NCBI GenBank assembly: GCA_010015585.1
Contig: ML975184.1
DNA from: Eremomyces bilateralis CBS 781.70
Taxonomy: Eukaryota
Strand: one strand, 5' to 3'
DNA length: 64,000 nt
Shown: positions 1-11,840 of the stretch, piece by piece
Layout: each line of letters begins with the position of its first letter
Position numbering within the stretch: position 1 is the first letter of the stretch
Made by a program: the position numbers and the translations under genes
Notes under the pieces: model-generated
Seen by the model: only the letters and a program-made list of their open reading frames with translations
What the model was told of the DNA's origin: nothing
The model's database searches: none

Positions 1-112
1 CGAAGTACACGAAAAGCCCCTTGATTATTATATTAACAGTCCCAAGCACTCCTTGACATGTTATAGTAATGAGGCTTTAGATGTTATAATTTTATTTACC
101 TAGATCTATGTG

Positions 113-258
113 AAATATTCATGAATAATATGAATATTCATGAATATCGCGAATATGAATATAAGGCGTATTCATATTCACATTATTCGCCAAGACTTTA
201 TTCATATTCGCAAATTATTCATATTATTCATATTATTCGTATTCGTTTCGGACCTCTA
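113..258. mobile_element. Probable terminus of a hAT-like DNA transposon (subterminal GAATA/TATTC arrays, outer end at 258)
   Basis: Dense GAATA(T) repeats (121-160) face inverted TATTC repeats (168-245). The reverse strand starts TAGAGGTCCGAAACGAATACGAATAAT, a TAG terminus with subterminal repeats typical of hAT elements. The DNA to the left is AT/TA-rich. The partner end is not in the window. Confidence 0.45.
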
Positions 259-683
259 CCCAGAAGCTCTTGTGATGCCGAATCTCCACGCTATAGAGCC
301 CATCAAAAGATAATCTCTCATCAAGAGCTGAGTACTAGAGTCATTGAGTTGCAAAACTTACTAGGAGACTACAACTCAGAAACAATCAGTGGGTATAACT
401 CAATTCCGGTCCCTCTCACCTAAATTGAAGTGAGCTTTCTTTCATTTCGCAATCTGAATCAATTACAATTAGCGACAAGCGATACGTACTGACCTTTGTT
501 GATACAGTTGTTCTTGGATGATCCCGATGTTGCAGAATTGAGTTCCTAATTGTGGATTTAGAAGTCCATCTGAGTGGGTACGTTTCCCAATTTCAATCCT
601 TCCTAGCCTCTAAAATCGAAGTGAGCTATTAATAACGCCCTTCCTTAGACCCGACCACACTCTCACACAAGAACAAGTAACAA

Positions 684-1486
684 ATGTTGGCAAAGCGCAC
701 TCGAACAGGGAACGTCGAACAAAGCAATCATAGCCCCGCAACGCCGGCTCCCTATTACCAGCCTCTTCGGCTCGGGTAGTAGTAGTATAACATCTGGTCC
801 TAGTTTCGCGGGGTTCGGAACTAGCAGCACAACGGCCGCCCCTCCTACCGGTCTCTTCGGCTCTGGGGGTAGCAGCATTGCGCCTCCTTCTGGTTTCGGC
901 GGGTTCAGGATTGGCAGCACAGTACCTGCGCTTCCTACCGGCCTCTTCAACTGGGGTCCATGGAAACAGCTTGCGGCTGCTCCTAGGAGCGGTTTTAGCC
1001 GCTCGGGCCCAGGCTCGAACACTCCGACCAGATCCTGCGTGGACTCGGACATCGAGATGACCGATGCTTGGCTCCCTGGGGCAACCTCGCAGGGTGAGGA
1101 CGGACGTCGAGATGGTTCATTCTCCTTCTGCGGACATGACTGCCACGGTTACGACGGCGGCTCCTATCACCAAGCTCCCTCGACCACTGCAAACACTGAG
1201 ACCACTAGCACAACTAGCACCACTACTACCTCTACGACCACTATGTCTTCCACCTCTCAGATGCCGGCAGAATTGGACGCCAGCCAGCGGAAGAAGGTTG
1301 ACAACGAGAACAAAAGGCGTTGGGGCCTGTGGTACCTGCCAGAGCGCAGTCCTAGCCCAGTCCGTGGGCCCAACGATCTCTAGACGGAGAATCCCGAATC
1401 TAGCAAGTGATGATAGCCTTGTAGCTGCATCGAGAACATCTAGACTATCACAAAGATGGGTCACGATAGGTTCGAGATATGGATGA
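684..1486 (+). pseudogene. Degenerate FG-repeat (nucleoporin-like) low-complexity gene
   Basis: Frame +1 (about 750-1020) reads SLFGSGSSS..SFAGFGTSST..PPTGLFGSGGSS..SGFGGF..PTGLFN, then DIEMTDA. The only upstream ATG (684) is in another frame, and a second DVEM motif lies in frame +2, implying frameshifts. Confidence 0.4.
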
Positions 1487-1771
1487 CGCTAATACCTGCA
1501 CAGGAGAGATAAGACTCATAAATTACCACCAACTCTAGACCTTCCTTAGCTTTCTTAGTCTGATTCATAGCAGTAATAGGCGAACTTAGACACACATCAC
1601 CTAACATATTAATAATTGTCTTGATTAAACCTCACAGAATCAGTACAATGACACGAGCATAATGGCGGATCAATGCACTCGATCTACAACATCCCATAGC
1701 AGATACAATCCATAAAGCTGAAATTGGGTTCATAATTGGATTAATTGCCGTATTTACACGTGAAGTCTATC

Positions 1772-2828
1772 TCAGGCCCCTTTCTCAAATGCCTGTCCTC
1801 CAGCAGCCTTATCCAAAGCCATGCTTTCTCCCAGCCCACAAACCTCGAACAGTCTCCTTGGAGACAGCTCCTTGGGTGCCTCAGCAACACCATCTTGCTT
1901 GAGCTTTTCCATGGTGGCTTTGATCGCCACATAAGCGGGCGCAAGTGCAGCAAAGGGCCAGATGATAAGCCGAAATCCGATCTCTTTCGCCTCCTTAACG
2001 CTCATGGTTGGCGTGGTTCCATGTTCAACCATATTGAGGAGCACTGGGGTTGGTGCCATATCTTGGACGATTTGCTTTCCCATCTCTACCGAATCGAGGC
2101 CCTCCAGGAAGGCAACATCCGCACCAGCGTCTCGAGCTGCTTTTAGTCGACGGACTGATTCATCATATCCAAACGACTGCAATGCATCAGTGCGTGCAAT
2201 GACGACAATGTCGGATCCAATCTTTTGACGTGCTGCAACAGCTGCTCGGATGCGCGAAACGAATGTCTCTATATCAACCAGTTGCTTGCCTTGAAGATGC
2301 CCGCATCTCTTGGCCTGGACTTGGTCCTCGATATGGAACCCTGCAACACCGGACATTGCATACTGGGTTACTGATCGGGCAACCATGATTGGCCCTAAGA
2401 TAGTTAGATCAGAACTCTATACAATATATATGCGGCTATTTACCGCCATATCCAGTGTCCATGTCGGCAATGACAGGCACTGAAGGGTTAAGGCTAGAGA
2501 TCATCTCTGCATTTGCTCGCATGTCGTGGAGTTGAGCAATTCCGAGATCTGCTTGGCCGAGCTTGGAGGCGGTGGTGCCAGCACCAGTCTGATATAAATG
2601 TCAGTATCAATTTCACTTCTTGCGTATCATATGATGTACCATGTATAACGCGTCAAACCCGACTTCTAGTGCTATTCGCGCAGAGAATCCATCGTATACG
2701 CCTGGGCAGACTACTATATCCGACGAGCCGTCCAACATTTGTCGCAGCTTCGTCGCAGAGGAGCCGGGCGGATATGGATCTTGGGAGACATTTGGTGCCG
2801 CAGGAGCAGCGACATCGGCGGACGACAT
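1772..2828 (-). CDS. Oxaloacetate acetylhydrolase / 2,3-dimethylmalate lyase (PEP mutase-isocitrate lyase superfamily), 3 exons
   Basis: Spliced motifs PGVYDGFSARIA, YM|TGAGTTASKLGQADLG, IADMDTGYGG|PIMVAR, HIEDQ, KRCGH, IARTDA. Two GT-AG introns at about 2590-2640 and 2395-2443. Confidence 0.9.
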
Positions 2829-4025
2829 CGCGAAACAAATCTATACCGTAGGTCTTGTGCAAGCAAACAAAGACGTCGAAGAAAGATTTCTAATATGAAT
2901 AGACGGCTGTCTTCCCAATAAAATACTTAGAGAAAGGTGCACTTGAATAGATACATTAAGGCATGGTGTTGGTAAAGCGTGCCGAAGCGTCGCCTTGTTG
3001 TCTGTTGATAGAACCTGAAGATTTGCCCCTCTCGGATCTGTGGAGCTACATCTTTCCGGTACCTAAATCGATGCACAACAGATGCGTTAACCGCGGGACC
3101 CAACACGGAATACTACGAGACCTCTATCGAGTTGACGAACGCTACAGCCCCCTGCCCGCCGATAATGGACCTAGGGAGTATGATCGTTACGGAACCTTAA
3201 GGGTCGGTCTGGCTGGTCTAACCCGCTAGTAGAGAACTCCAGGATGCAGCGTGGAGGGTCTTTCCAAAGTTCTTCTTGCAGCGCTTTAGATGTGTTAAGA
3301 TAGGATCAAAGATAACTAACTGGTTAAAGTATAAAACTAAAGGTTATTTGCTGACAAGAATGGGAGAGAACCGATCGGTCGAGAATGGCAGTTTGAAAAA
3401 CAGGGTAGCTGGGAATATGTATCTTTTCCTCGGAATACCATGACCCAATCGTGAAAGTATTTACCTTCTAACACGGAGTGCTACGCAGCTATGGATGATA
3501 TACTCAGTCCATCGAAATCGATATTAATGGGACGTTATTCCCAATGCAGAAGAGAGAAAGTCAAGATGTGATGCATGCTCTTACTCCGTGGTCTTGGAGT
3601 GATTGACTCCTTTACAGTGACGCAGACAATGACGAACGTGGTATCAAATCTGAACGCCGAATGCGGACGACATAATTCAAATTCCATTCTCACAATCATT
3701 TCAGATCTTCATTATCTGCCAAAATGCCAAGGTTCAAGAAACTGGATTTCATACCCAAATGGAAGCCTTGAAGCCGAAGAAATCTGCTAGAATGCTAACG
3801 GCAGACAGGCCAAACGTTGGGTATGAGATACTAAGATAGCCGTACAGGAACGCTTCAGAACGCATTCAAACGCCATAAACAACAAAACTAACCTGAGAGA
3901 TCGTATTCTCGTTGACAGTGTTCTTCGTGATCACTGTCCTCGTACGTATTGGCTCTGAAAACCTTTGTCGTGCCCTAGTGGGACATGGAACAAAAATCGA
4001 GACCTCAATTTGACTCCATTTGACT

Positions 4026-4450
4026 TCAATTATTCCTTGACTTTTGCGCAACTGGAACCGGCCGGTTGACATACCATTCGTCGCCGTTTCGTTCTGCCTG
4101 CCGTTGCTCGTATTGGTGGGACGCAATCTTCAAGTCTTCAATTTGTTCCTACGCGGACCGTGAGCTTTGACTGGTATCGATCATGCCTTGAAGAAAGAAA
4201 GATGAGGGGTGCAATGATGCAGACTTACCTTGGTTAATGGTGCACCTGCCGTAGTGACGAGGAATCCATCTCGACCCTTGAATGTCCATCAGCACAGTTC
4301 AACGGACGGGTTTGTTTTGGTCTGCAAAATCCTGACCTGATGAACGTAAGGGCGAACGATCGCGTCTGGCCCGCAGAAGTATCGGATCTCGCCTTGTATC
4401 ACCGTTCGTGAGATGCCATAACCGGGGACGAAGTAATTATTCAGCGACAT
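4026..4450 (-). CDS. Small conserved fungal protein (about 94 aa), RfeG-like N-terminal domain, 3 exons
   Basis: Manual splicing gives MSLNNYFVPGYGISRTVIQGEIRYFCGPDAIVRPYVHQ|GRDGFLVTTAGAPLTK|EQIEDLKIASHQYEQRQAERNGDEWYVNRPVPVAQKSRNN*. Both introns are canonical GT..AG and keep the frame. Confidence 0.7.
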
Positions 4451-7400
4451 ATTGAGGATGGTTGATGGATCGGCGAACAACTCCTCTTAACGTCGATGAA
4501 GACAGACCGACGAAGGTATAAGAAACGTACGCTTGACAAGTGAAGAGGCGACTTTCGACCTGAGCTGATATAAAATGAACTCTTGGGATATCGCAACGCA
4601 TCGATACAGCATCGTGGAGAGCACTAGATCGTGAGATGCGAAATATATATGGTACTATTCATTCAGACAAGCAACGTTGCCCAACGGAAATACTCGGCTT
4701 GTCGTGCGATTCCTTTCGCCATTCATGAAAACCCATCCTACAGGGCGAAAGGTAGCTCTTCCAGAAACAGGACTTAGAAGAATGAGGCGGGCATCAATGC
4801 ATCTTAGATGCTGCCTAACATGGTCTTGGGCTTCGATTGGGCCCGAAATGACGATAGCTCGGCGAATTGGAAGCTCCTGAGATTAGCTGCAGGCTGAGCA
4901 TCACGGTACATTGGCCGATGGAGATGTTACCGGATCTCACGATGTTCAGGTCAAGTCATGTTTTGCTGATTGATTGTCCGAATGGAGCTGCCTTCCGCCT
5001 CATCTGTCCGAGCGCTGGGAATTCTCCACGTTGATATTGCAGACAGTATTCGACGTGGGACGCATCACGACTGAAAGCCTTAAGGAGCACTGTCGGACGC
5101 TTTACTCGGAATATCTAAGTTCATTTCTGTTCTCCAAAGTTCTCCGTGGCAGTTCATTTCCTGTCAGATGCGATTTCATCCTTCTCATGGCAAAGTCTGC
5201 CTGCGCTTCCTCGGTAGGAGAGCCAAGTTAAGCCCTAAAGTGCCGATCTTTGCGCCAAAAGCAGAGCGACAACACTCTCAAGTATTCTTGTGACCTCGTT
5301 ACTTGACTATACCAGTGAGCGGCTATCATTTCTTCTGTACAACTTACCGGCTATAGGTTCCCCGCCTCTCAAGCATCGTCATCCAAGGCCGGATCACCAG
5401 TGGCCTTCACACAAATGGAGATCGGAGGCGATATACACCCTCACGAATATCAGGGGCATTCCTAGCCTTCTTGTAACTAGTCTCATGTTGTGATGAGGTA
5501 GCCATGCGTCAACCTTATGCACTTCATTGTCGGTTACTTGCCGATGGGATATCTGGAAGTGACCTCCTTGTTTTCCATGGTTCGGTCCGTTAACAGAACT
5601 GGTCTAAACTGGGCGCACTGGTGAAGTACACCCATAGAGAGGAAGTCTAGTACGCCCCGTGGGCATCGATCCATGAAAACTGGCCGTGTCTCATCACGCC
5701 GTAGGAGCCATAGGGCACCGGTTTTTCAGTCACACCCACCGTCGCCAGCCACTCATAAAATTTGGGTACGGTAATCGACAGCTCATGCCTTGGTTAACGA
5801 ATCAGCTGTTGTCAGGCGTTACCAATTGTACCTCCCTCGAGGATACAGATCACCGGGATCGTCCAACACATGTTCAATATTCGACGTTCCTATCAGGCAA
5901 GTTCCAATTCCAGTCAGCGAACGATTCAGTGTCCTGTATCCAAAGGACGGGCATGGGGCCTAACAGCATGATATCACCATTTCCTGTCTTACACGAGGCA
6001 AAATGGTACGGCACTCAGTCAATATACAACATTTCCAGTCAGTGTTTGCACTCGAATTCCCTACCCTTCGTCGACTTTGTAAACCTCAGAGCATTCTCAC
6101 CGAGTACATGTAAACGTATCCGCATTTGGGTTTCCAGAACATGATACTAACCCTTCAATATACTTCCTGTCAAGGGAATTTGAACTGAAAATTGGTTACC
6201 TGTTTCGTCGTCCGTTGTAACGCCTCACTTGTCGACCAAGACGCATGCCAAAATAGCGCTCTTTTGTCCATCCTACACATCGTCTCCTTTCGTATATGCA
6301 TGGTTCCCTCAGAAGACTATTAATTCTGCTGTCGACGCTAGCGCCTCAAAGCACACCGGTTGATATGGGGTCAATTGAGGTCACTGGAATGGCCACTGGC
6401 GGGGGGCATCGAGTCACCGTCTTTTCCTATACTCCATCGCTATGTGCATGAGCATAATCGTTCCTTTTCCTAGGTGCGAGTGACGCTTTCCACGCGATGG
6501 GGTAATCAGGTTACCGGACGAGGTTGCTTCTAGCGGCAAATTATTGTCCTATGCACTGTTCTCATATCCCATCGGTGTCGTATTTTCTGTTTTTGAACGT
6601 TCCGGCGTCTAGTCGCCTACATAATATGCAGATCTCTAGGCTGGCTGGAAATTATGCATTCTTTTTCAAAAATGGAACTTGGAGACGTGGTATAGTTGCC
6701 CCGGGACTAGGTGCCAAAGGACAATACATCCGCACCAACGTCATTTGCGAGTCCGGAAGCCGTGAAGATCGCCTCCAGTCAGGTTCACTGCTCCAAACAG
6801 TCGAAGCCGAAGAGAATGAGCATTATTCTATTCTTCTGCCCAAAGCGTTTTCTCCGAACTACAAGGTTATCCCTTTTCCATCGAACAAAGCATCGGTTGG
6901 GATAGTCCGTGCAATTCATGGACACTTATCCTGTACAACAAGGTACTTCTCGGAATACGATGTGAGAGATCGCTCTCAAACATCGTTTCTCCAAATCCAC
7001 AATCTCTTATCACAGAAAAATGCCCCAGAAGCCATCCATAATTCCCCTCAAGAATGCTTGTGGGTAGAACCATCTGGGCGCTCGCCTCACTTTTGCAGCC
7101 CCTAAGCGCTGATCGTTACCGCATATGATATATAGCATCCGACGAAGTTAACTTGAATTGTAGTTCCCTGGAGACTGGAATCTGTTTTAGGTGCCTAGAT
7201 CGTGGTTCTAGCGACTGCAGAGCGACGACGCCTCCTCAGTTCTCACCGGTTGGTTCTCGCCCCTGGAGATAGTCGATGGTCACAAGATCACTATCCTATC
7301 GCCCATCTCCCGAATCCCTAGGTGTGACCGAATGTCATACTCGATGATCCGAACTGCCAATTACCAGATGATCTCATTCTAGACAACTAACAACATTGCT

Positions 7401-7557
7401 TAGAATTCCCTTTACTCGGAGAGCAAAGCCGCACTTTGAACGCCGATCCATCCCCGGACTAGGTTCATAACGCTAAAGCTGGAGAATTTGGCCTTAATTC
7501 TGGATGAGCACACTTCCATGAAGTTTTCCATCCATTCCCCATTGCCTACAATTAATA

Positions 7558-9212
7558 TTAGTTCTCAGCAGCTGGTGCAGGAAACTTCGCCCTCCATTTC
7601 TTGCCGAACACCTGCGTCACAACGATCGACGCCACCACACCCGCAACAATTGCCGCCTGGCACCCGAACGCCACACCTGGCCCATTGAGATTAACCCACT
7701 TGAGCTGGAAGTACACCACCGTGAACCCACCGACCGTCCTGAACGCACAGATCCACGCGCTTGCCAATGCGGAATGCTGGGGGAAAACGTCCAGAATATA
7801 CGCCGAGATGGCCGTCGTGGTTCCGAGCGTGGAGAAGCAGTTGAGCCCCCAACCAATCGCCACGCCGATCCAGTGAAGATTGTGCTGCAGTGTCTGACCA
7901 AAGACGATGAGCCCGATGATGCCGATGAGCCATGCGGGATACACGGCCCAGAGACGGTTCTCCGGGACATACTTTCCGCCGTGCGTGCGGATGTAGCGCT
8001 GGCAGAGGAAGTCATTGAACCAGTGGCCCCAGAGCTCGGCGCAGAGGGTTCCGATCATCGGGGCGAAGAATAACAGGCCCACGGAGGCGTGGGAGAAGCG
8101 ATATGGTGGGGGAGCCACGAATTGTGTGATGGTGGATACGATTCCGATTGTCCACATGGTGAGGAAAGTGACGAAGCCGAACGCTGAAAGGAAGGTTAGA
8201 TGTTGCAATAGGAAATTAGGATTGACTTACTCGGTAGGAGAAGGTATGGTCGAAGCAACAGGCCAAAAATATCCTTGAGAACGGTCCAGAGGGTTGGACG
8301 GGGATCGCGCTCCTGGAACCCAGTGACTCCAGTCAAGAGCGACAGCCGGCCCAGGATGCCTTTCTGCCTCGGTTTTCTCTCTGCATTACGGTCGTACAGA
8401 GTCTCATCGCCGAGTAAAATGATAGTCAAGACCGAGAATCCGTAAAAGCCGCACAAAACAGCGAAGTTATCTCTCCACCATAGCTTCTCTGCAATGAAAC
8501 CGGAGATGAATGGACCAAGATATGGGCCTAGGAGAAAGGAGAAAGCCCAGATGTTGACCTTCCGAGCACGTTCGTGGAAGAAGAACATGTCGTGGATGAT
8601 GGAGAGGCCGATAACCTGCGGTGGGGCCCCAAAGAAGCCCTGCAAGGTGCGACATGCGGTGAATCCGGCATAGTTGTGTGCCAGGGCTGCGCCAATTGAG
8701 CACACTAAGGTCAGGAATTGCGACCAGAAGAGTACAGGGAATCTATTAAAATCAATTTGATGCTATGAAGGCATAGGTTGCGCCTCGAGCCACGCTTTCA
8801 CTCACCTGCCATATCGCTGGCACAGTGGTACAGCAAGGAGTCCACCAGGGCCCTGCATAAAGATAGCGCCAGAAATTGAATTCGCTACATCGGGGACCTT
8901 CATATGCCAGTCCATAGCCTGCTGCTCAAACAAAGTGGCTCCCCAGGTGATGACCCAGTCTGTGAGCAGACACCCGGGTATCAAGGCTAGGAAGACAGCA
9001 TGTTTCTTCGTCCATGACCAGTTCAGGGGATCCTCTGGATCGTTAGATGGTTGGGGAATCAAGACCGTTTTGCCATCTTTGGCGGTCTTGAGGTCGCGCT
9101 CGGCGTCCCTACCACTCTCCTCGCTCTCGGGTCGGACCTGTTTGGTCACGATATAAGTGCCCTCCTTTTCAACCCTAGACTTTACCTTCTCCTGTGAGAC
9201 GACCTCGGACAT
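7558..9212 (-). CDS. MFS transporter (fungal DHA1/QDR-like drug:H+ antiporter type), at least 2 introns
   Basis: N-terminal LIPQPSNDPEDPLNWS motif, YGR|FPV motif A, IHDMFFFHERAR, LGPYLGPFISGF, ETLYDR and multiple TM helices across ORFs 8802-9245, 8196-8705 and 7558-8208. Confidence 0.92.
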
Positions 9213-9341
9213 GATGAGCTGCAATGAGTACGAAAAGACAAACACTATGAAATAGCGCCGTCTAAAGTTTTACAGAGTCCACAGAATCTGGAAACTCAAA
9301 CCTTTTATCCACAGCCAGGGATAGAAGCGGGTTTCCATGGG

Positions 9342-9573
9342 CTTTATATAGTCATCGTGGTTGGGCGCCCTTTCCCTTCCCTTGGCAGTACCACGACGTG
9401 AAGCCGGGGTAGAATGCATATTCCGAATTTACAGTATCCTACCATAAGCTGCGGTTTGAAAAGATATATTGAAATAGAAAATAACAGTATGACTCGATAT
9501 AGAAAAGCCGGGGCTGATCGGAAGAAAACTAGCAAATCCCATGTCGCGGGCGCGTCCAGAATGACAGCCGGGG
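9342..9573 (-). promoter_or_regulatory. MFS promoter: TATA box plus three AGCCGGGG sites (CreA/Mig1 SYGGRG-compatible or Zn2Cys6 CGG sites)
   Basis: CTATATAAA on the minus strand at about 9343-9351. CCGGGG at 9404, 9508 and 9568, each preceded by AG. Confidence 0.4.
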
Positions 9574-10491
9574 AATCCAGACGGATATGTCCACTTCACC
9601 TTCACTTCTCATTATCCAATTATAGAAGGGTTATGAGTTAATGCGAGAGTTCCCAGTCTTGGCTCTGCCACGGGAATATAGCAACGCCGTAGCAGATATG
9701 CGATGTTCAGATCGGCGCTCAGCTTACCAGCGCCCTCCTCTAACTGGTCCTGCGGAACACCACAAGCCGACTCAATGAAACTCGTAGTACATAGTTTGTT
9801 TTGCTTTGTTATTGGGCGTTGTCAGGCTGCTTGCAGCCAATATACCGGCATCTGGTCGGGGAGCCGAACTCGGGAGGGATGCTCGGAACCAGGCATGAGA
9901 TCGAGCTGATAGTTTGACATTGGCATATTCTTAGGATCAGGTGGTCCCCGTTCAAGCTTGTCTACAGAAAAGCAAGATGTTCGATATGTTAAGAGAAGAT
10001 ATATTCAGTACCTTAGGTAGATTGATTGATGTGACGCGATGGTTGACGTTGTAAGAGATTAGGTAAAGAGAAGGCTGGGGTGGTTGGGAAGGCAGATATT
10101 TCGATGCCTTGGACATCAATATCGGCGGCATCACTCACCTCTGCTCACTTCTTGCTCACTCCATGTCAGGTCAACTCCCATATCAACCTTAAGCCACTAC
10201 TGGTACACCATACACGTGACGCATATCTCGTTTCTCTGCATATGGATACCTACACCCACTTCAGCCCGCCGTTCACCCTCGTCCGCATCTGAATCGTGCA
10301 AGTTTTGATCAGGGAATATCAATCCAAACCCGCATCCCCTCCTGCCGTGGCGGAGGACCAGCCCTGTGCCTCAAAATACATTTAATCTAATAGGCGACAG
10401 GCGACAAGAATAAAGAGTTCGTGGCTGCCCGAATGATTTGGATCAGTGTTCACCAGCGCCGAACCACCAATATTTACGTGACTGTTGCACA

Positions 10492-11840
10492 ATGGCCCAG
10501 AGTCCCAGTCTTCTGGATCTTAGGGATGAGATTTTGCTGAAAATTTTCTTTTTCATCGACGGAAGACGACCGGGAGAGGTAAGATCTTACGGCGAGAAGA
10601 AGGTTCAGAACACTGCGCTTCCAAATGCTTGTTTGGTTTGCACACGATTTTGCGATCTCGCCCAGCCAGTGCTTTACCGAACGTTCATTTCTCGCGAGGT
10701 GGAGAAGTTTCCATTGGTCCTAAGAACCATCATCGATCGACCAGACCTGGCAGAGCAAGTATGCGAGGTGGATATCGAATTATGGAACGCCACCGACGCT
10801 TTTGATGGACCGGGAGACCATCTAGAGCTGTCGGATATCAGTTGGATCATTGATCATACAAAAGGTTTGGACATACCAGAACAGGATCGCTAGGTCCAAG
10901 CCATTGAAAAAGGCCTGGATAATTTTATTGTGGCATTGATTCTTCTTCAAGTTCCGAATCTTCAGGTCTTCCCGACACAGGTTCCCTTCCCACCGGACGA
11001 TCCCCTCAATTCTAGTCTAGATCACCGCCAGGCCATCACCTGGCGGCTTTTTGGGAGCGCGTCACTTTCGACTTTTCCGGCCCACCGATTTCAGTCGTTA
11101 AGCACAGTGTCGCTCTACCATAACGATACCGAAGGTAGTTTTGATCCCGATGTTTTTGTATTCTTTATGCATATACCCACAGTCCGTAGGATTGACGCCT
11201 TTTCGATGGGATCGGACGAGCCAGTCACTCCGGGCTTCAACTGGCCTTCTCCGGGATCTTCTAACGTAGAAGTCGTTCGCCTAGATTGCACCGCAGTGAC
11301 TGATGAGTACCTTCAGCACATTTAGCTCCGTCCTCGGGCTCTGAAGGTGCTTACATGTGAATGGGGCCCTGCAACAGTTGGCGTGGCCCCTTTCACAACA
11401 ATCGACACCAGAGAAGCGCTTGAGCCGCACAGAAACTCGCTTGAACACCTCACCCTCGACGCTCGTGGGTTATATGACCTCGAGTGTGAGGATGGTTTAC
11501 TTGAATCAATAGGGGCCTTAAAACCTTTCGCGAAATTGACAGAATTGGTTGTTTCGGCCATCTACCTCACTGGTTGCGATGATGAGAATTACACACCACC
11601 TAAGTTGACGGAACTTCTCCCCGCCCCCACTCAAGAGGTTAGAAATTCTAGGTACGACTGGGCCGCTCGAAGGATATCTTATGGACCTTGCTCAGAGTTG
11701 TGCACACGAATTGCCGGAGCTGAAAGCTGTCGATCTCTAGGAAGTTGACGCAGCATTCATAATAGACAGACATATTAGAATGTGATGGAAGCCTTTCAAG
11801 CGGCCGGTGTTGACTACTGGAGACATCGGCCTCTCTAGGG
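10492..11840 (+). pseudogene. F-box / LRR-like protein pseudogene
   Basis: F-box-like start SLLDLRDEILLKIF..LPNACLVCTRFCDLAQPVLYR..LRTIIDRPDLAEQV. In-frame TAGs at 10891 and 11323. A frameshift near 11628 restores LKRLEILG..ELPELKAVDL, followed by further stops and a FQAAGV-type C-terminus. Confidence 0.75.

Noticed and set aside
121..423. 100-aa ORF at the window start
   Set aside because: Translation of the GAATA/TATTC repeat array, not protein-like.
4500..7500. Short ORFs in a 3-kb intergenic region (e.g. 6524-7105, 5686-6144)
   Set aside because: No recognisable motifs, non-ATG starts and no consistent splice structure. A highly decayed gene cannot be excluded.
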